Shown: piece by piece, positions 8,953 through 18,821 of the stretch
Layout of the letters: each line of letters opens with the position of its first letter
Numbering within the stretch: position 1 is the first letter of the stretch
From: Escherichia phage vB_EcoM_G17
Length of the DNA stretch: 64,000 bases
Reading direction: 5' to 3' (one strand)
Sequence record: MK327931.1
The notes under the pieces: model-generated
The model's database searches: none
What the model saw: the letters and a program-made list of their open reading frames with translations, nothing else
What the model was told of the DNA's origin: nothing
Made by a program: the position numbers and the translations under genes

Positions 8953-10473
8953 TCATTTCCTTTGATTTAACCATTGCTTCATTGCATGAACACGATCAGT
9001 ACCAGCATGTGTCTGTGGATTCTGTATTTCGTTTTGTGTCGTAGAGTTAGGAGCACTATCAGTATTTAGTGTTACTGTATTGTCAGGTTGCACAGATGGT
9101 GATTTAGCTGCACCAGAAAGCGAATGACGTAATGTTTGCATAGTGCTGGGTGGTAACGCCATGTTCCCTCCACCAATCTTAGAAACACCGCTGTGACGGA
9201 ATCCATTACCTTCGGTTTCCATTTGTTGTACTGTAGTTGCGTGGTCAAGAACTCTCAATGAATCAATATCATATGACATACGCAAACGGGAACCTACTGC
9301 ACTACTGTTACGTGTTTTTTGGAAATCAAACCATAGTTCGCCAGTTTCTTTTTTTGCTTCAATATAAATTACGTTATCAGCAGTATAAATTTTTGAAATA
9401 CCACCAGCAATCTGACTTTGACTTTTCTTATCTTCGTCCATACCACTACGGTTAAACTGAGATGCAGTGAAAACAGTCAAATCCATTTTGGATGCAAGAG
9501 CACGTAATTCTTCTGATACAAATTTATCTTTAGTAAATGTATTGGATTTATCATTTGGTCCAAGACGATTAGAAGTTAATAGATCCAAATAGTCCACGCA
9601 TACATAATCAAGTTTGATTTCCATCTTAATTTGTAATTCACGTAGATAACTTTCAATATCGTCTGTGGTTGTTACAGATTCAGGTAAGCGTTTAATACGC
9701 AACATACCACTGTTTTTACCTTCAACTTTAACAGCAAATCCAATCTTTTCAGCTTCATTTTTTACGTTACTGAGTTTTGATTCAGTCATCATACCATAGA
9801 TACGAACAGCAACCAACTCTTCAGCTAGTTCAAGTGAAATGTATGCACCATTCATTCCAGCTTTCGCAAAGTTAACTGCTAAATTTTGCAGTACTACTGA
9901 TTTACCACCACCTGATGCAGCAGCAAAGATCTCTAACTCTCTACGCCCAAATCCACCGAAAAGTTTGTAATCAAGAGTTTCCCAACCACTCTTAAATGAT
10001 CCTTGCATTGTACTGAGTGAGCGGATTGTATCTTCAGGGTTTTCAAAAATATCCAAACCTAACTCATTCTGTACCGTTACCAACATTGCTTCTCGGATTA
10101 GTTCTTCGATTCCACCATATTTTTTCTGATGGACAAGTTCCATTCCTTTTTCAACGGCTAAAGCTAATGCTTTATGGCGACAAAATTCACCACAGGTATC
10201 AAGTACTGATTGTTTATGTAATTCTTGAACTTCATATTGATCGTATTGATAACCACCTTTAACTTCAATATCTTTCAAAGTAGGTGATGAACTATATTTT
10301 GCAGCATAATCATGCACGTATTGAATACTTTCATGAAATGTTTTATCAAAATATTCTGGTTTAAGGATATTTTTACAACGTACATATAAATCAGGATTAC
10401 TGAAAATCTGAGATAATAAGTATTGTTGTGCATTAATCCCATATTGTTTCACATCCACTGTGCTTTGAATCAT
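8953..10473 (-). CDS. gp41: DnaB-family replicative DNA helicase (T4 gp41-like)
   Basis: 506 aa with Walker A AASGGGKS and RecA-like helicase core; ATG confirmed with GAGGGAA SD. Immediately downstream of the primase gene, as 61 then 41 in T4. Confidence 0.85.
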   Translation of the reverse strand: MIQSTVDVKQYGINAQQYLLSQIFSNPDLYVRCKNILKPEYFDKTFHESIQYVHDYAAKYSSSPTLKDIEVKGGYQYDQYEVQELHKQSVLDTCGEFCRHKALALAVEKGMELVHQKKYGGIEELIREAMLVTVQNELGLDIFENPEDTIRSLSTMQGSFKSGWETLDYKLFGGFGRRELEIFAAASGGGKSVVLQNLAVNFAKAGMNGAYISLELAEELVAVRIYGMMTESKLSNVKNEAEKIGFAVKVEGKNSGMLRIKRLPESVTTTDDIESYLRELQIKMEIKLDYVCVDYLDLLTSNRLGPNDKSNTFTKDKFVSEELRALASKMDLTVFTASQFNRSGMDEDKKSQSQIAGGISKIYTADNVIYIEAKKETGELWFDFQKTRNSSAVGSRLRMSYDIDSLRVLDHATTVQQMETEGNGFRHSGVSKIGGGNMALPPSTMQTLRHSLSGAAKSPSVQPDNTVTLNTDSAPNSTTQNEIQNPQTHAGTDRVHAMKQWLNQRK

Positions 10474-10495
10474 CTATGTTCCCTCATTATATGTA

Positions 10496-11551
10496 TTACA
10501 TCCATTTATCCGTTTGAGCTTTAATATAAAATGGCTCATCTACTATACTATCATGTATTAATTGTAAACAAAATAACCTACCAAATCGTGCACAAGCTTC
10601 TTCAAAGTCTTTGATATGACGTATTGTACTACCTTCTCTTACAGCACCAAAGTCTGGGAAGGAAACACTGAATCCATTTTCAAGTGCTTGGTCTATAGTT
10701 ATTAATCCATCTTTATCTCTATCTGGAACAATAACTATTTTTTTACCTTTTTGCTGTGCATCTTTTAATACATCAATCTGTACGTTTGATAATTTAAAGT
10801 TATTAGCAGATACACCACCCATTAATGCTGCGTCTAACGGACCCTCACATACTAAAATTGTTTTTATTCGTTCATCTTTTAATAAATCATAGTTATATAG
10901 TATATTAGTACTTACTTGATTTATGAACCTGTATGTACTTCCAGGATCTTTTAATTTATGTCGTGCAGTATAACCAATAATTTTACCATTCATGAAATAT
11001 GGAATAATAAATCTGTCATACATTTTATGTTCTTTATTAGGTGACCAATATAATTCTAAGTCTAACAGATATGGGTTTCTTTCATTGACATTATGCAAAA
11101 CACTTATAAATTCTTGTGGAATTTTATCTTCAGGTAAAGAAGCCCATTCCCAAAATGTTTTTGCATTTGATGGCAAATCACGTACTGTTACTCGGTCATA
11201 CAATTTTGATGCAACAGTTTCTTGTGCAGCAAAATCACCGCTGTCAACCATTTCTTTAATATAAAACTTAACTAATTCTATTTCTTTATCTTGTGCACCA
11301 AAAGAAATGAGCAAAGACTCCATATCTTTGCTCATATATTTTCCTGGTTGCCAACCAGTTTTTAAACTACAGTTAAAGCAGTTATATGAAACGGAACCAT
11401 CTGCATTGAACATATGATTACCACGGTGCTTTGTATCCGGCCTTGAATGTCCTCTGAACACACAAGCTGGACAGTTGTGTTGTGACCATGTACCAATCGC
11501 AGGTACTGGATCATTCATAATTTGTGCCATTATGTTTTGTACAGCGTTCAT
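10496..11551 (-). CDS. gp61: DNA primase (T4 gp61-like; zinc-binding plus TOPRIM)
   Basis: 351 aa. N-terminal Cys cluster (HNCPAC...YNCFNC) and TOPRIM-like VCEGPLDA; ATG with AAGGA SD. Confidence 0.8.
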   Translation of the reverse strand: MNAVQNIMAQIMNDPVPAIGTWSQHNCPACVFRGHSRPDTKHRGNHMFNADGSVSYNCFNCSLKTGWQPGKYMSKDMESLLISFGAQDKEIELVKFYIKEMVDSGDFAAQETVASKLYDRVTVRDLPSNAKTFWEWASLPEDKIPQEFISVLHNVNERNPYLLDLELYWSPNKEHKMYDRFIIPYFMNGKIIGYTARHKLKDPGSTYRFINQVSTNILYNYDLLKDERIKTILVCEGPLDAALMGGVSANNFKLSNVQIDVLKDAQQKGKKIVIVPDRDKDGLITIDQALENGFSVSFPDFGAVREGSTIRHIKDFEEACARFGRLFCLQLIHDSIVDEPFYIKAQTDKWM

Positions 11552-11606
11552 AAGTTAATCCTTGTCTTTTCTTACAAATGATTATAGCACACCTTCTAGT
11601 TTTGTC

Positions 11607-12584
11607 TCATCTACGTATCAAAATTTTAGGTACTGTTAGGAAAGGGTCATACACTTTTCGGACAGCAGCATAGTCATATGGTACTGGAACAATTTTGGGA
11701 TGAATAGCAACCACCAAACGTAACCACATATAATTTCCTTTAAAATTAAATGCTTGTATTCCGTCAAGTTCTTTTGGAAAACCTTCTGAATCAATTCCAT
11801 TTTCAATATAATCCTTTCCATCTAATTTAATAATAAACCATTTATAGTTTTCATTATCATTAGGTACGTTGTTACACAAGCACCCTTGTAGCTGTATTCT
11901 ACCAATAAATTTATCAAAATAGATTGCAATACTACTTAATCCATCTACTAATCCAAACTGCATTTGTGCTGGTAGTGGAGTTGATGCGAGAATATCATAT
12001 TCACCAATCATACCATTTCCAATTGGTTCATGATATAAACGCTTTATAGTTGTCCATGCTGGATTTTTATTAACTGATATTTCAGTACTGGGGACAAATA
12101 CAGGTGCTGCTTGGTCTGAAATTATTAGCTCTGCTGATGCCTCAAAGTTCATCCCTGTATATAGATATTGTGTTGGTTCTATAAGTGAACCATCCATTGT
12201 TACTTTAGTAATGCTCCATCTATATTTTGAACCAGGACTGGTATCTTGAATAACTCCTGCTGGAACAATACATCCATAATATACTTTCTTTTTATTTCCT
12301 AATGTTTGTCTTGCTTGTCCACTTTCTGATAACCAACTGGGTTCTTGTTTTTCTAATACAACATCAAATAGTTTAGTATTATTTCGTGCATCAAAAATCA
12401 TAAATGTAAGATATTCATTATCTTTCAATAAAGTATATTTTCCATCAGCGTTGTGAACAGTAAAAGATAAATTATTATTTGCCCCTCTATATATAGTTAG
12501 TTTTTCATTGCTATATGGCATATTAAAATTGCCCAATGATACTTCCTGATTATAAGGGTACATAAACACGCCGTGATGAGCCAT
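11607..12584 (-). CDS. Hypothetical protein
   Basis: Likely start MAHHGVFMYPY at 12584 with a GGAAGG SD; the longer ORF-track start would overlap the divergent plus-strand ORF. Confidence 0.5.
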   Translation of the reverse strand: MAHHGVFMYPYNQEVSLGNFNMPYSNEKLTIYRGANNNLSFTVHNADGKYTLLKDNEYLTFMIFDARNNTKLFDVVLEKQEPSWLSESGQARQTLGNKKKVYYGCIVPAGVIQDTSPGSKYRWSITKVTMDGSLIEPTQYLYTGMNFEASAELIISDQAAPVFVPSTEISVNKNPAWTTIKRLYHEPIGNGMIGEYDILASTPLPAQMQFGLVDGLSSIAIYFDKFIGRIQLQGCLCNNVPNDNENYKWFIIKLDGKDYIENGIDSEGFPKELDGIQAFNFKGNYMWLRLVVAIHPKIVPVPYDYAAVRKVYDPFLTVPKILIRR

Positions 12585-12609
12585 AGTTTTTCCTTCCATA
12601 AATAATAGG

Positions 12610-12617
12610 TATAAATT
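12610..12617 (+). promoter_or_regulatory. Late-promoter-like TATAAATT element, palindromic
   Basis: gtATAAATTTATac lies 25 nt upstream of the ATG at 12642 and reads similarly on both strands. Confidence 0.25.
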
Positions 12618-12641
12618 TATACTAATATTTATGGAACTAAT

Positions 12642-12995
12642 ATGAATCAATATAACACTATTCCACCATTCATTACTGTAATCCAGTATGATGGTAAAAC
12701 GTTTGTTGGTATCATCAAAATCAAAAGCAAACAGTATACAACTCTTTACTGTTTCGATGATATGGATGATTCAATGCAAGACGAATTGTTAGGTATAGCA
12801 CACGATTGGTGGTGGCAAAGTAATAGAACCATTCCAGTTTGTCTATTCTTTCAAGAAGAGATGGAGAAATTTGAACCGTACACACAGAGATTCGATACAC
12901 CGTCGGTGAATTTCGTATGTGGTCCAGTAGTTTCTTTAAGCAATTTGCCACAGAAACGCATCAAGCGTCGTAATGTGGCTCTTAAGAAGAAGTAA
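12642..12995 (+). CDS. Hypothetical protein (117 aa), plus-strand gene inside the minus-strand block
   Basis: ORF exactly fills the 330-bp gap between two minus-strand genes; Trp-rich (HDWWWQ); basic C-terminus. Confidence 0.4.
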   Translation: MNQYNTIPPFITVIQYDGKTFVGIIKIKSKQYTTLYCFDDMDDSMQDELLGIAHDWWWQSNRTIPVCLFFQEEMEKFEPYTQRFDTPSVNFVCGPVVSLSNLPQKRIKRRNVALKKK

Positions 12996-13620
12996 GATGT
13001 TCAACTAAAGCATTTAGTTGTACAACAATCATTAAGCTATATGCGTAAGCATGTGGCTTTTTGAAATATCGTAATTTATTTCCTGCTTGGTCAGTGCCTA
13101 TAGTACTATAATCCCATATGGTAGCTTTAACTTCGTCCCATGTGTTCATACTTTGGCACTGCCTTTTTCCTGGGCGAATCATTGCAATAAACATTGCTAG
13201 TTCGTCTATAGATTTAGGCTTCCATACATTTAATAAAGTTACATGTTTTTTAATTTGCGATAGATGTTCTACAATTTCGGGTTCTAACAATAGATCCCAA
13301 TTTGGTTCCTGATTCATTAGTTCTTTTAAATGCTCTCTATCACGAACATACATGTAAGCTGACTGTGAAAGAATATCAACTTTTTGATACCCTAACCTTT
13401 CAGCTTCTTTATATTGTATACTTGCCAATCCAGTGATTGGATCAATAGGTATATTATCAAAATGAACACCACTATTATGGGGGATTAAACCATCCTCCGT
13501 AATTTTTTCAGTACTTCGCACACATGGAAGTTTAGCGATTACGCTTTTACTATCCTTGAAGTCAATGTCAATATCAGTTCGGGCTTTTCTATAATGTTTA
13601 GAATCGGTCGAATCCTGCAT
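12982..13620 (-). CDS. Hypothetical protein (212 aa) with local DnaE-like motifs
   Basis: Contains ...VDILSQSAYM..., ...AMFIAMIRPGKR..., ...FKKPHAYAYSLMIV... in the order of fingers-region motifs of bacterial Pol III alpha as recalled; by-eye only. Confidence 0.5.
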   Translation of the reverse strand: MQDSTDSKHYRKARTDIDIDFKDSKSVIAKLPCVRSTEKITEDGLIPHNSGVHFDNIPIDPITGLASIQYKEAERLGYQKVDILSQSAYMYVRDREHLKELMNQEPNWDLLLEPEIVEHLSQIKKHVTLLNVWKPKSIDELAMFIAMIRPGKRQCQSMNTWDEVKATIWDYSTIGTDQAGNKLRYFKKPHAYAYSLMIVVQLNALVEHLTSS

Positions 13621-13927
13621 TTTTTATTTGCTCCTGTAACTGTTTAACTGTATTAGTCAAAGTTGATATTTGATTCTCTAATAATCTACAATTTTGTTTT
13701 GTCTTTGCCAATTCTTGACTTAAACTGAAAAAGCGTTCTTCGTGTCTTTCTACCAAAGAAATAATTTTTTCAATACGAGCAGGATCATGAACTTGAAATG
13801 TTTTACCATCTAAAGTTATTTCAGTAATAGATCCTTGTCTAAGTAGAGATATTTGTTTTGATTTTTGTTCTTTAGGTACAGGTACATACCCTTCTGGTAT
13901 TTTATTATATATACTTTTTCCATTCAT
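13598..13927 (-). CDS. Hypothetical protein (109 aa), C-terminal coiled-coil
   Basis: Heptad-like ...QELAKTKQNCRLLENQISTLTNTVKQLQEQIKN... Confidence 0.5.
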   Translation of the reverse strand: MNGKSIYNKIPEGYVPVPKEQKSKQISLLRQGSITEITLDGKTFQVHDPARIEKIISLVERHEERFFSLSQELAKTKQNCRLLENQISTLTNTVKQLQEQIKNAGFDRF

Positions 13928-14634
13928 AATCCTGCCTCACATAGCATAATCTTAATTTCATCACAATCCTTTTTGTATTTTATAGTTTTGATTTCAAAAT
14001 AACTTGGATCGATGTATTTAAGTATATATTCAATTTCTGAGTTTGATAGTTTTTTAAAAAACTTATTAGTACTTTTTTTAGGAGCAAGCCAGATAATCCA
14101 AGGTGAAATTTTACCACTCTCAATCCATGCAATTGCACGGGCAGAACTTACATTTTCAAAGAAAGTATTCCATTGTACATTCAAATTTTCAGCCCATTCA
14201 ACCAGTGAGATAACACTTCTTGCAATTGCTTCTTTTGGGTGCTCGGCACGAATTGTTTTTAATATCCATTCATCTTTTGCTTTATATGTACTCCATTCCG
14301 TGATTGGTTTGTTATTGATAATCAAGTACTTTACAAACTCGTCCACATTAATAATATCTCTATTATTCAAATAGTATTCGGCAAAACTATAAAAATCATT
14401 AAAGTACTTTGACTTTATAAAAGCAATAAAAGGCTCTACGCCTTTTTTAAATGGGAACTTATTCAATTCCATAAATTGCATATATATACGAAAAGCCTCC
14501 ATCATCTGGCGGCTTTGGCGGTCTTCGTATCGGTCACGTTTTATACATTTATGTGTGTTTACAGTTTCTTCACGTTTAAATTCACGATCACAAAATCTAC
14601 AGGTATATACTTTATTACTTGATTTCTTTGCCAT
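13924..14634 (-). CDS. Hypothetical protein with N-terminal zinc-finger-like motif
   Basis: YTCRFCDREFKREETVNTHKC at the N-terminus (C-x2-C-x12-H-x-C). Confidence 0.5.
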   Translation of the reverse strand: MAKKSSNKVYTCRFCDREFKREETVNTHKCIKRDRYEDRQSRQMMEAFRIYMQFMELNKFPFKKGVEPFIAFIKSKYFNDFYSFAEYYLNNRDIINVDEFVKYLIINNKPITEWSTYKAKDEWILKTIRAEHPKEAIARSVISLVEWAENLNVQWNTFFENVSSARAIAWIESGKISPWIIWLAPKKSTNKFFKKLSNSEIEYILKYIDPSYFEIKTIKYKKDCDEIKIMLCEAGL

Positions 14635-15460
14635 ATTTTTTACATTCTTCTTTAAACAATTTCATCATAGATTTCTTTTCATTATCTTGAAAACCATTAT
14701 TGTCAAGAAATGTCTCAAATGTTTTTTTATCATACTGCAATAGAACAATTTTGTACTCATCTTCATTCATTTGAGTAGATATAGTATCAGGTTGTGAGCT
14801 TTTAATTAACTCAAATAATTCGTTATTTGCCTTTTTGAAATTCTTAGAAAAGTTTAACCAGTTACGTGGCATTTCTTGTCCACCAATCATATCATGGACT
14901 GAACACATAAGCTGATATACTAATTCTGGATGTTCTTTCATATCCCAAAATCCATCATTAACCATATCATTTAGCATAATAAGTTGGTATTTGACAACTT
15001 CAGTATCTACTAATGAAACAATTTCTGAACCTGATACGCCAAATTCGACCATTGAGGATATTAATTTTTGTGCGTCATCTTTTGATTGGACTGCAAATTT
15101 AATACGCCAATCATAATCACTATGACAGTACTTAGTTACTGATGAAACATTTGTCCCTGAAGACTTTAATTCAGTAACTAGTTCAGTCAGTGCTTCTTTA
15201 CCACCAGATTTCCATTTTCCAAATACACTTTCAACTTTACTACTAGGGTAGGTTACTTGTAACGAATCATCTAAAGAGCTTACCCATCGCAAAACAGTAT
15301 ATGGAGTAAACTCTTTTCGTTCTTTTTCGGTCATGTCATTATAGTACTTATAATCAGCACGGTCAATGTGTTTTAGAAATTCAGCAATAGAAAAAGAATG
15401 CTGTGTTGGTTTTTCATCATCATCGACCGACTTATTTTTAATATCACTGAAATCAAACAC
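14615..15460 (-). CDS. Hypothetical protein (281 aa)
   Basis: ORF in the same-strand array; no recognisable motifs. Confidence 0.5.
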   Translation of the reverse strand: MFDFSDIKNKSVDDDEKPTQHSFSIAEFLKHIDRADYKYYNDMTEKERKEFTPYTVLRWVSSLDDSLQVTYPSSKVESVFGKWKSGGKEALTELVTELKSSGTNVSSVTKYCHSDYDWRIKFAVQSKDDAQKLISSMVEFGVSGSEIVSLVDTEVVKYQLIMLNDMVNDGFWDMKEHPELVYQLMCSVHDMIGGQEMPRNWLNFSKNFKKANNELFELIKSSQPDTISTQMNEDEYKIVLLQYDKKTFETFLDNNGFQDNEKKSMMKLFKEECKKYGKEIK

Positions 15461-15464
15461 TATT

Positions 15465-15962
15465 TTATACTCCTAGATACAAATCTTGAATTTTTTCGTT
15501 TTCATCTGCAAAGTACACACATGGTGGATTTTCACCACTATGTAGTGGGACGCATAGTAAATTCTTTTTAGGTAACATTGGTATCTGCCACTTTGTAGTT
15601 AATGCAAATACACGTAGTACTTTGACTGGTTCAAACTTAGGATACATTGAACGGATAGGATTGTAAACAAAAGCTTTTGGTTCTTTCATGTTAAGAATGT
15701 TTTCAATTGTACACATCTCAACCATACCAGTTTCTTCATCACCTAACATAATTTGCCATCCTAGAGGCACTTGAATAATCTTTTCACCAATTTGAAGATC
15801 AGCACTAATACTATTAAATGATACGGTGTTTAGAATATGTCTAAAATAAAAATCAGATTCACCATTTGGGCTTAGATCCAAAACACAATACATTTCTTCA
15901 GGGATATGTTCTGTTACTAAATCCATGTCAAAAGAATTATTTTCAGGTGTTAATACGTTCAT
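15465..15962 (-). CDS. Hypothetical protein (165 aa)
   Basis: ORF in the same-strand array. Confidence 0.5.
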   Translation of the reverse strand: MNVLTPENNSFDMDLVTEHIPEEMYCVLDLSPNGESDFYFRHILNTVSFNSISADLQIGEKIIQVPLGWQIMLGDEETGMVEMCTIENILNMKEPKAFVYNPIRSMYPKFEPVKVLRVFALTTKWQIPMLPKKNLLCVPLHSGENPPCVYFADENEKIQDLYLGV

Positions 15963-15971
15963 GTCATCTCC

Positions 15972-16400
15972 TTAGTACTGCGAATCTTCTTCGTCATCAT
16001 AATATTCTTCATCATCTTGGTCTTCTACCCCATAAAATTCAAGTCCATAAGTTTCACACATCTCTTGAATTTTATCTACATCAGTATCCAGATATGAATC
16101 AAAATTACCACTTAGACTTACTACATCAATAAAAGTTTTCGTGTCAGTACTTGCATAGATGATATCATATTTCAATGATTCTACTTTAGAATCAATTCGT
16201 GTCTGTAATTCATAGATATTAATCCAAGAATCACTATCAATATTACATCTCCATACGTTAGTATCATCCGTTTCTAGCTCAGGTATATAGTCAAGAGAAG
16301 ATACCATGTCATCCATAATACCATCATCGTTCAACAATACATCCATAACTTCTAAAGTTTCTTGGTCACAAATAAAAGCAATACTAGATCTCAATTCCAT
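15972..16400 (-). CDS. Hypothetical highly acidic protein (142 aa)
   Basis: D/E-rich C-terminus (EDQDDEEYYDDEEDSQY). Confidence 0.5.
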   Translation of the reverse strand: MELRSSIAFICDQETLEVMDVLLNDDGIMDDMVSSLDYIPELETDDTNVWRCNIDSDSWINIYELQTRIDSKVESLKYDIIYASTDTKTFIDVVSLSGNFDSYLDTDVDKIQEMCETYGLEFYGVEDQDDEEYYDDEEDSQY

Positions 16401-16447
16401 TTTATTTTACATCCTTGTTGTTGTCATATGACACATTATATCACAAA

Positions 16448-16466
16448 CAGCGGGTTTATCCCGCTG
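16448..16466 (-). terminator. Stem-loop at the 3' end of uvsW (terminator or attenuator)
   Basis: cagcggg-tttat-cccgctg, 7-bp stem, followed on the minus strand by UUUGUG. Confidence 0.4.
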
Positions 16467-17940
16467 TGTTTTCCCAATCTTTAACATCTATTATACTATG
16501 AGGATATTGTGCTTCCTTATAGTAAGCTAAACGTTCTCGTAAATGCTTAGCACTATACTTATTAGAACCACTAATATCATATATTTCTACGTGGTCTTTA
16601 TCTTCTGCTCGGCGTAATCCACGTCCAATTGACTGTATAGTTCTTACAAAACTTTTTCCTGGCTCAATCAATACTACATTATATAACCTTGAAATACTAA
16701 TACCAGTACTGGCAACGCCGTATGTCGCAATAAGTATTTTATTATCAGCCCAACGAATTTCACCATAAGATGATTCTCGATCTTTCTTTTTAGTTTCTCC
16801 ACGAACGAATTCTGATTTGGGAATGCCTAAAAATTCACATAGCAACTCACCTGCTTCAAGTCTATCTACTAAAACTAAAGTGTTTCCTGATTCAGATAAC
16901 GCAGATATCAATGACGCTACATATGCCATCCTATCTCTGTCAGTTACTAAGTATTTCAACTCTTCAGCATATGATGCAAACTTCATACTACTTTTTAGTT
17001 TGATGCAATTCACATTACATGTACTTAGTATTTGTTTATCTTGTAATTCCTTTGCAGTTATTTTAAATATAACATCACCAACATTACATTTGATTTTCGC
17101 GGCAACTACCGGATCTTTAGGAATTGTTCCAGTAAGACCCCAACGTAATGGTACGTTATTCATAACTTTAGAAAGTACTTGAACTAATGCGTCACCGCCT
17201 GCACCTTGACACTCATCAACGATAACACAAACTACTCCATCGATAAAATCATTCACGTCTTGTTCAGTTAATTCAATTTCACCTTTCTTGGTTTTCTTCC
17301 ATAGAGAGTTAAATGATTGCCAAGTCGTAATAGTATGTTGGTGACCAAAATCTTTTTGTGAACCATAGAACATGCCAGTATCCAACCCACACATAATGTA
17401 GTCATCATATGTTTGTTGTACTAAGTCAGTACTTGGTACTATTATAACAGAACGTCCATACTCTTGCACTTTCTTTGACAATGCAGCAGTAATGAGAGTT
17501 TTACCTGCACCAGTAGCTGCCAATAGCAGTCCGTGTGGATTAGCCAAACATGCATTAACCGCATTAACTTGATGTTCACGTAGTTTTATGGATTTACCTT
17601 CCATGTGGTGTCCTGCACCGAATACAACATCACTAAAAATATCTTCATCAATGGGGTCAAATTTAAATCCATAATCTACCCTATGATCTACTAATTCAAT
17701 GTCAATCTTAGCTTCATCAAGAATAGGCAATAACTTATCTAACATATGATAATAAGTTGTTCCGCCTAAATTCATAAACTGAACTTTACCATCCCAACGT
17801 CCAATACGTCCTGCTGGTGTGAACTTTGCATATGGTAACACATATTCAGTTGCACGAATCATCTTTTGTCTAATTGAGGGATCAAGTCCCTCAAATTTAC
17901 AATTCACCTCATCCAATAAGGTTAACTTACAAGTTTTCAT
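16456..17940 (-). CDS. uvsW: SF2 DExH-box helicase, UvsW-like
   Basis: 494 aa. Walker A LLAATGAGKT, motif II VIVDECQ, motif VI-like QSIGRGLRR; ATG confirmed. Confidence 0.7.
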   Translation of the reverse strand: MKTCKLTLLDEVNCKFEGLDPSIRQKMIRATEYVLPYAKFTPAGRIGRWDGKVQFMNLGGTTYYHMLDKLLPILDEAKIDIELVDHRVDYGFKFDPIDEDIFSDVVFGAGHHMEGKSIKLREHQVNAVNACLANPHGLLLAATGAGKTLITAALSKKVQEYGRSVIIVPSTDLVQQTYDDYIMCGLDTGMFYGSQKDFGHQHTITTWQSFNSLWKKTKKGEIELTEQDVNDFIDGVVCVIVDECQGAGGDALVQVLSKVMNNVPLRWGLTGTIPKDPVVAAKIKCNVGDVIFKITAKELQDKQILSTCNVNCIKLKSSMKFASYAEELKYLVTDRDRMAYVASLISALSESGNTLVLVDRLEAGELLCEFLGIPKSEFVRGETKKKDRESSYGEIRWADNKILIATYGVASTGISISRLYNVVLIEPGKSFVRTIQSIGRGLRRAEDKDHVEIYDISGSNKYSAKHLRERLAYYKEAQYPHSIIDVKDWENTAG

Positions 17941-17955
17941 CCATGATTACCTTTA

Positions 17956-18774
17956 TTAATTAGTTCGAGTATTATATTCGTACTCAAATGTATATACTAA
18001 ATCTTTATCACAGTTAGGGTTACTTGCATCTAAAATGTCACTATTAGTAATCATCCATTCAATGTAATTCAATGGAACTGTACTCATTGGCTCACCTTTG
18101 TGTTTACCAAATGGCATGAATTGATAACGCATTGGTGTGTTGCAGAAAGTTACAATTTGCTCACCAATATCACCATTAGGTTCGATATGTCCACGTTCGA
18201 TTGCAATTTCAACTAATTTGATTAGAACCTGATAACACATAAACACATCGTCTTTTGCTGCGTGTGCATTAACAGGTCGATGAACATCACGATAACATCC
18301 AAACTTATACCACAAATAACTTAGAGTTAAGTTTTTAAATTCAATATCTTCTGCGAACATTTTCTTAGCAAGACGAAGGGTACAAATCCATTTATTTTCA
18401 TCAAGTAAGTACTGTGAAATTGAGTTACGATATTTATATTCGTTATCTACCATCATTCTACGGTCAAATTGTACATTATGACCAACAAAATACTTACGGC
18501 ATCCCATAAGTGCATCAATGTTATCTAAATCATCTTTATACCCAACACAATTAGCTACATCCTCAGTACTGATAAAGTGCACAGCAGATGCCTCTGGTGG
18601 AATATCTTTCAAGGGTTTGTATCTCAATGTATAGTTATCAATAGTATCAATGTTTTCATGTGAAGTATGTGGATACGAGATACTAAATTCAATAATATCA
18701 TCTTCACTCTCAACCCCAGTAGTTTCAGTATCTAGAACTGCTACATTTGATAAAAACTCATTTAATTTTGTCAT
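17956..18774 (-). CDS. DnaQ-like 3'-5' exonuclease (DEDDh) with C-terminal DUF3820-like extension
   Basis: Exo I VLDTETTG, Exo II FVGHNVQFD, Exo III HAAKDD; C-terminal ...MPFGKHKGEPMSTVPLNYIEWM... resembles the DUF3820 motif. Functional analogue of T4 DexA. Confidence 0.7.
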   Translation of the reverse strand: MTKLNEFLSNVAVLDTETTGVESEDDIIEFSISYPHTSHENIDTIDNYTLRYKPLKDIPPEASAVHFISTEDVANCVGYKDDLDNIDALMGCRKYFVGHNVQFDRRMMVDNEYKYRNSISQYLLDENKWICTLRLAKKMFAEDIEFKNLTLSYLWYKFGCYRDVHRPVNAHAAKDDVFMCYQVLIKLVEIAIERGHIEPNGDIGEQIVTFCNTPMRYQFMPFGKHKGEPMSTVPLNYIEWMITNSDILDASNPNCDKDLVYTFEYEYNTRTN

Positions 18775-18785
18775 TTTATTCTCGC

Positions 18786-18812
18786 ATAGAAAAAGGACGC
18801 GATATGCGTCCT
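18786..18812 (-). terminator. Rho-independent terminator (minus strand)
   Basis: aggacgc-gatat-gcgtcct stem-loop followed on the minus strand by UUUUUCU. Confidence 0.55.
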
Positions 18813-18821
18813 TAATGATAA

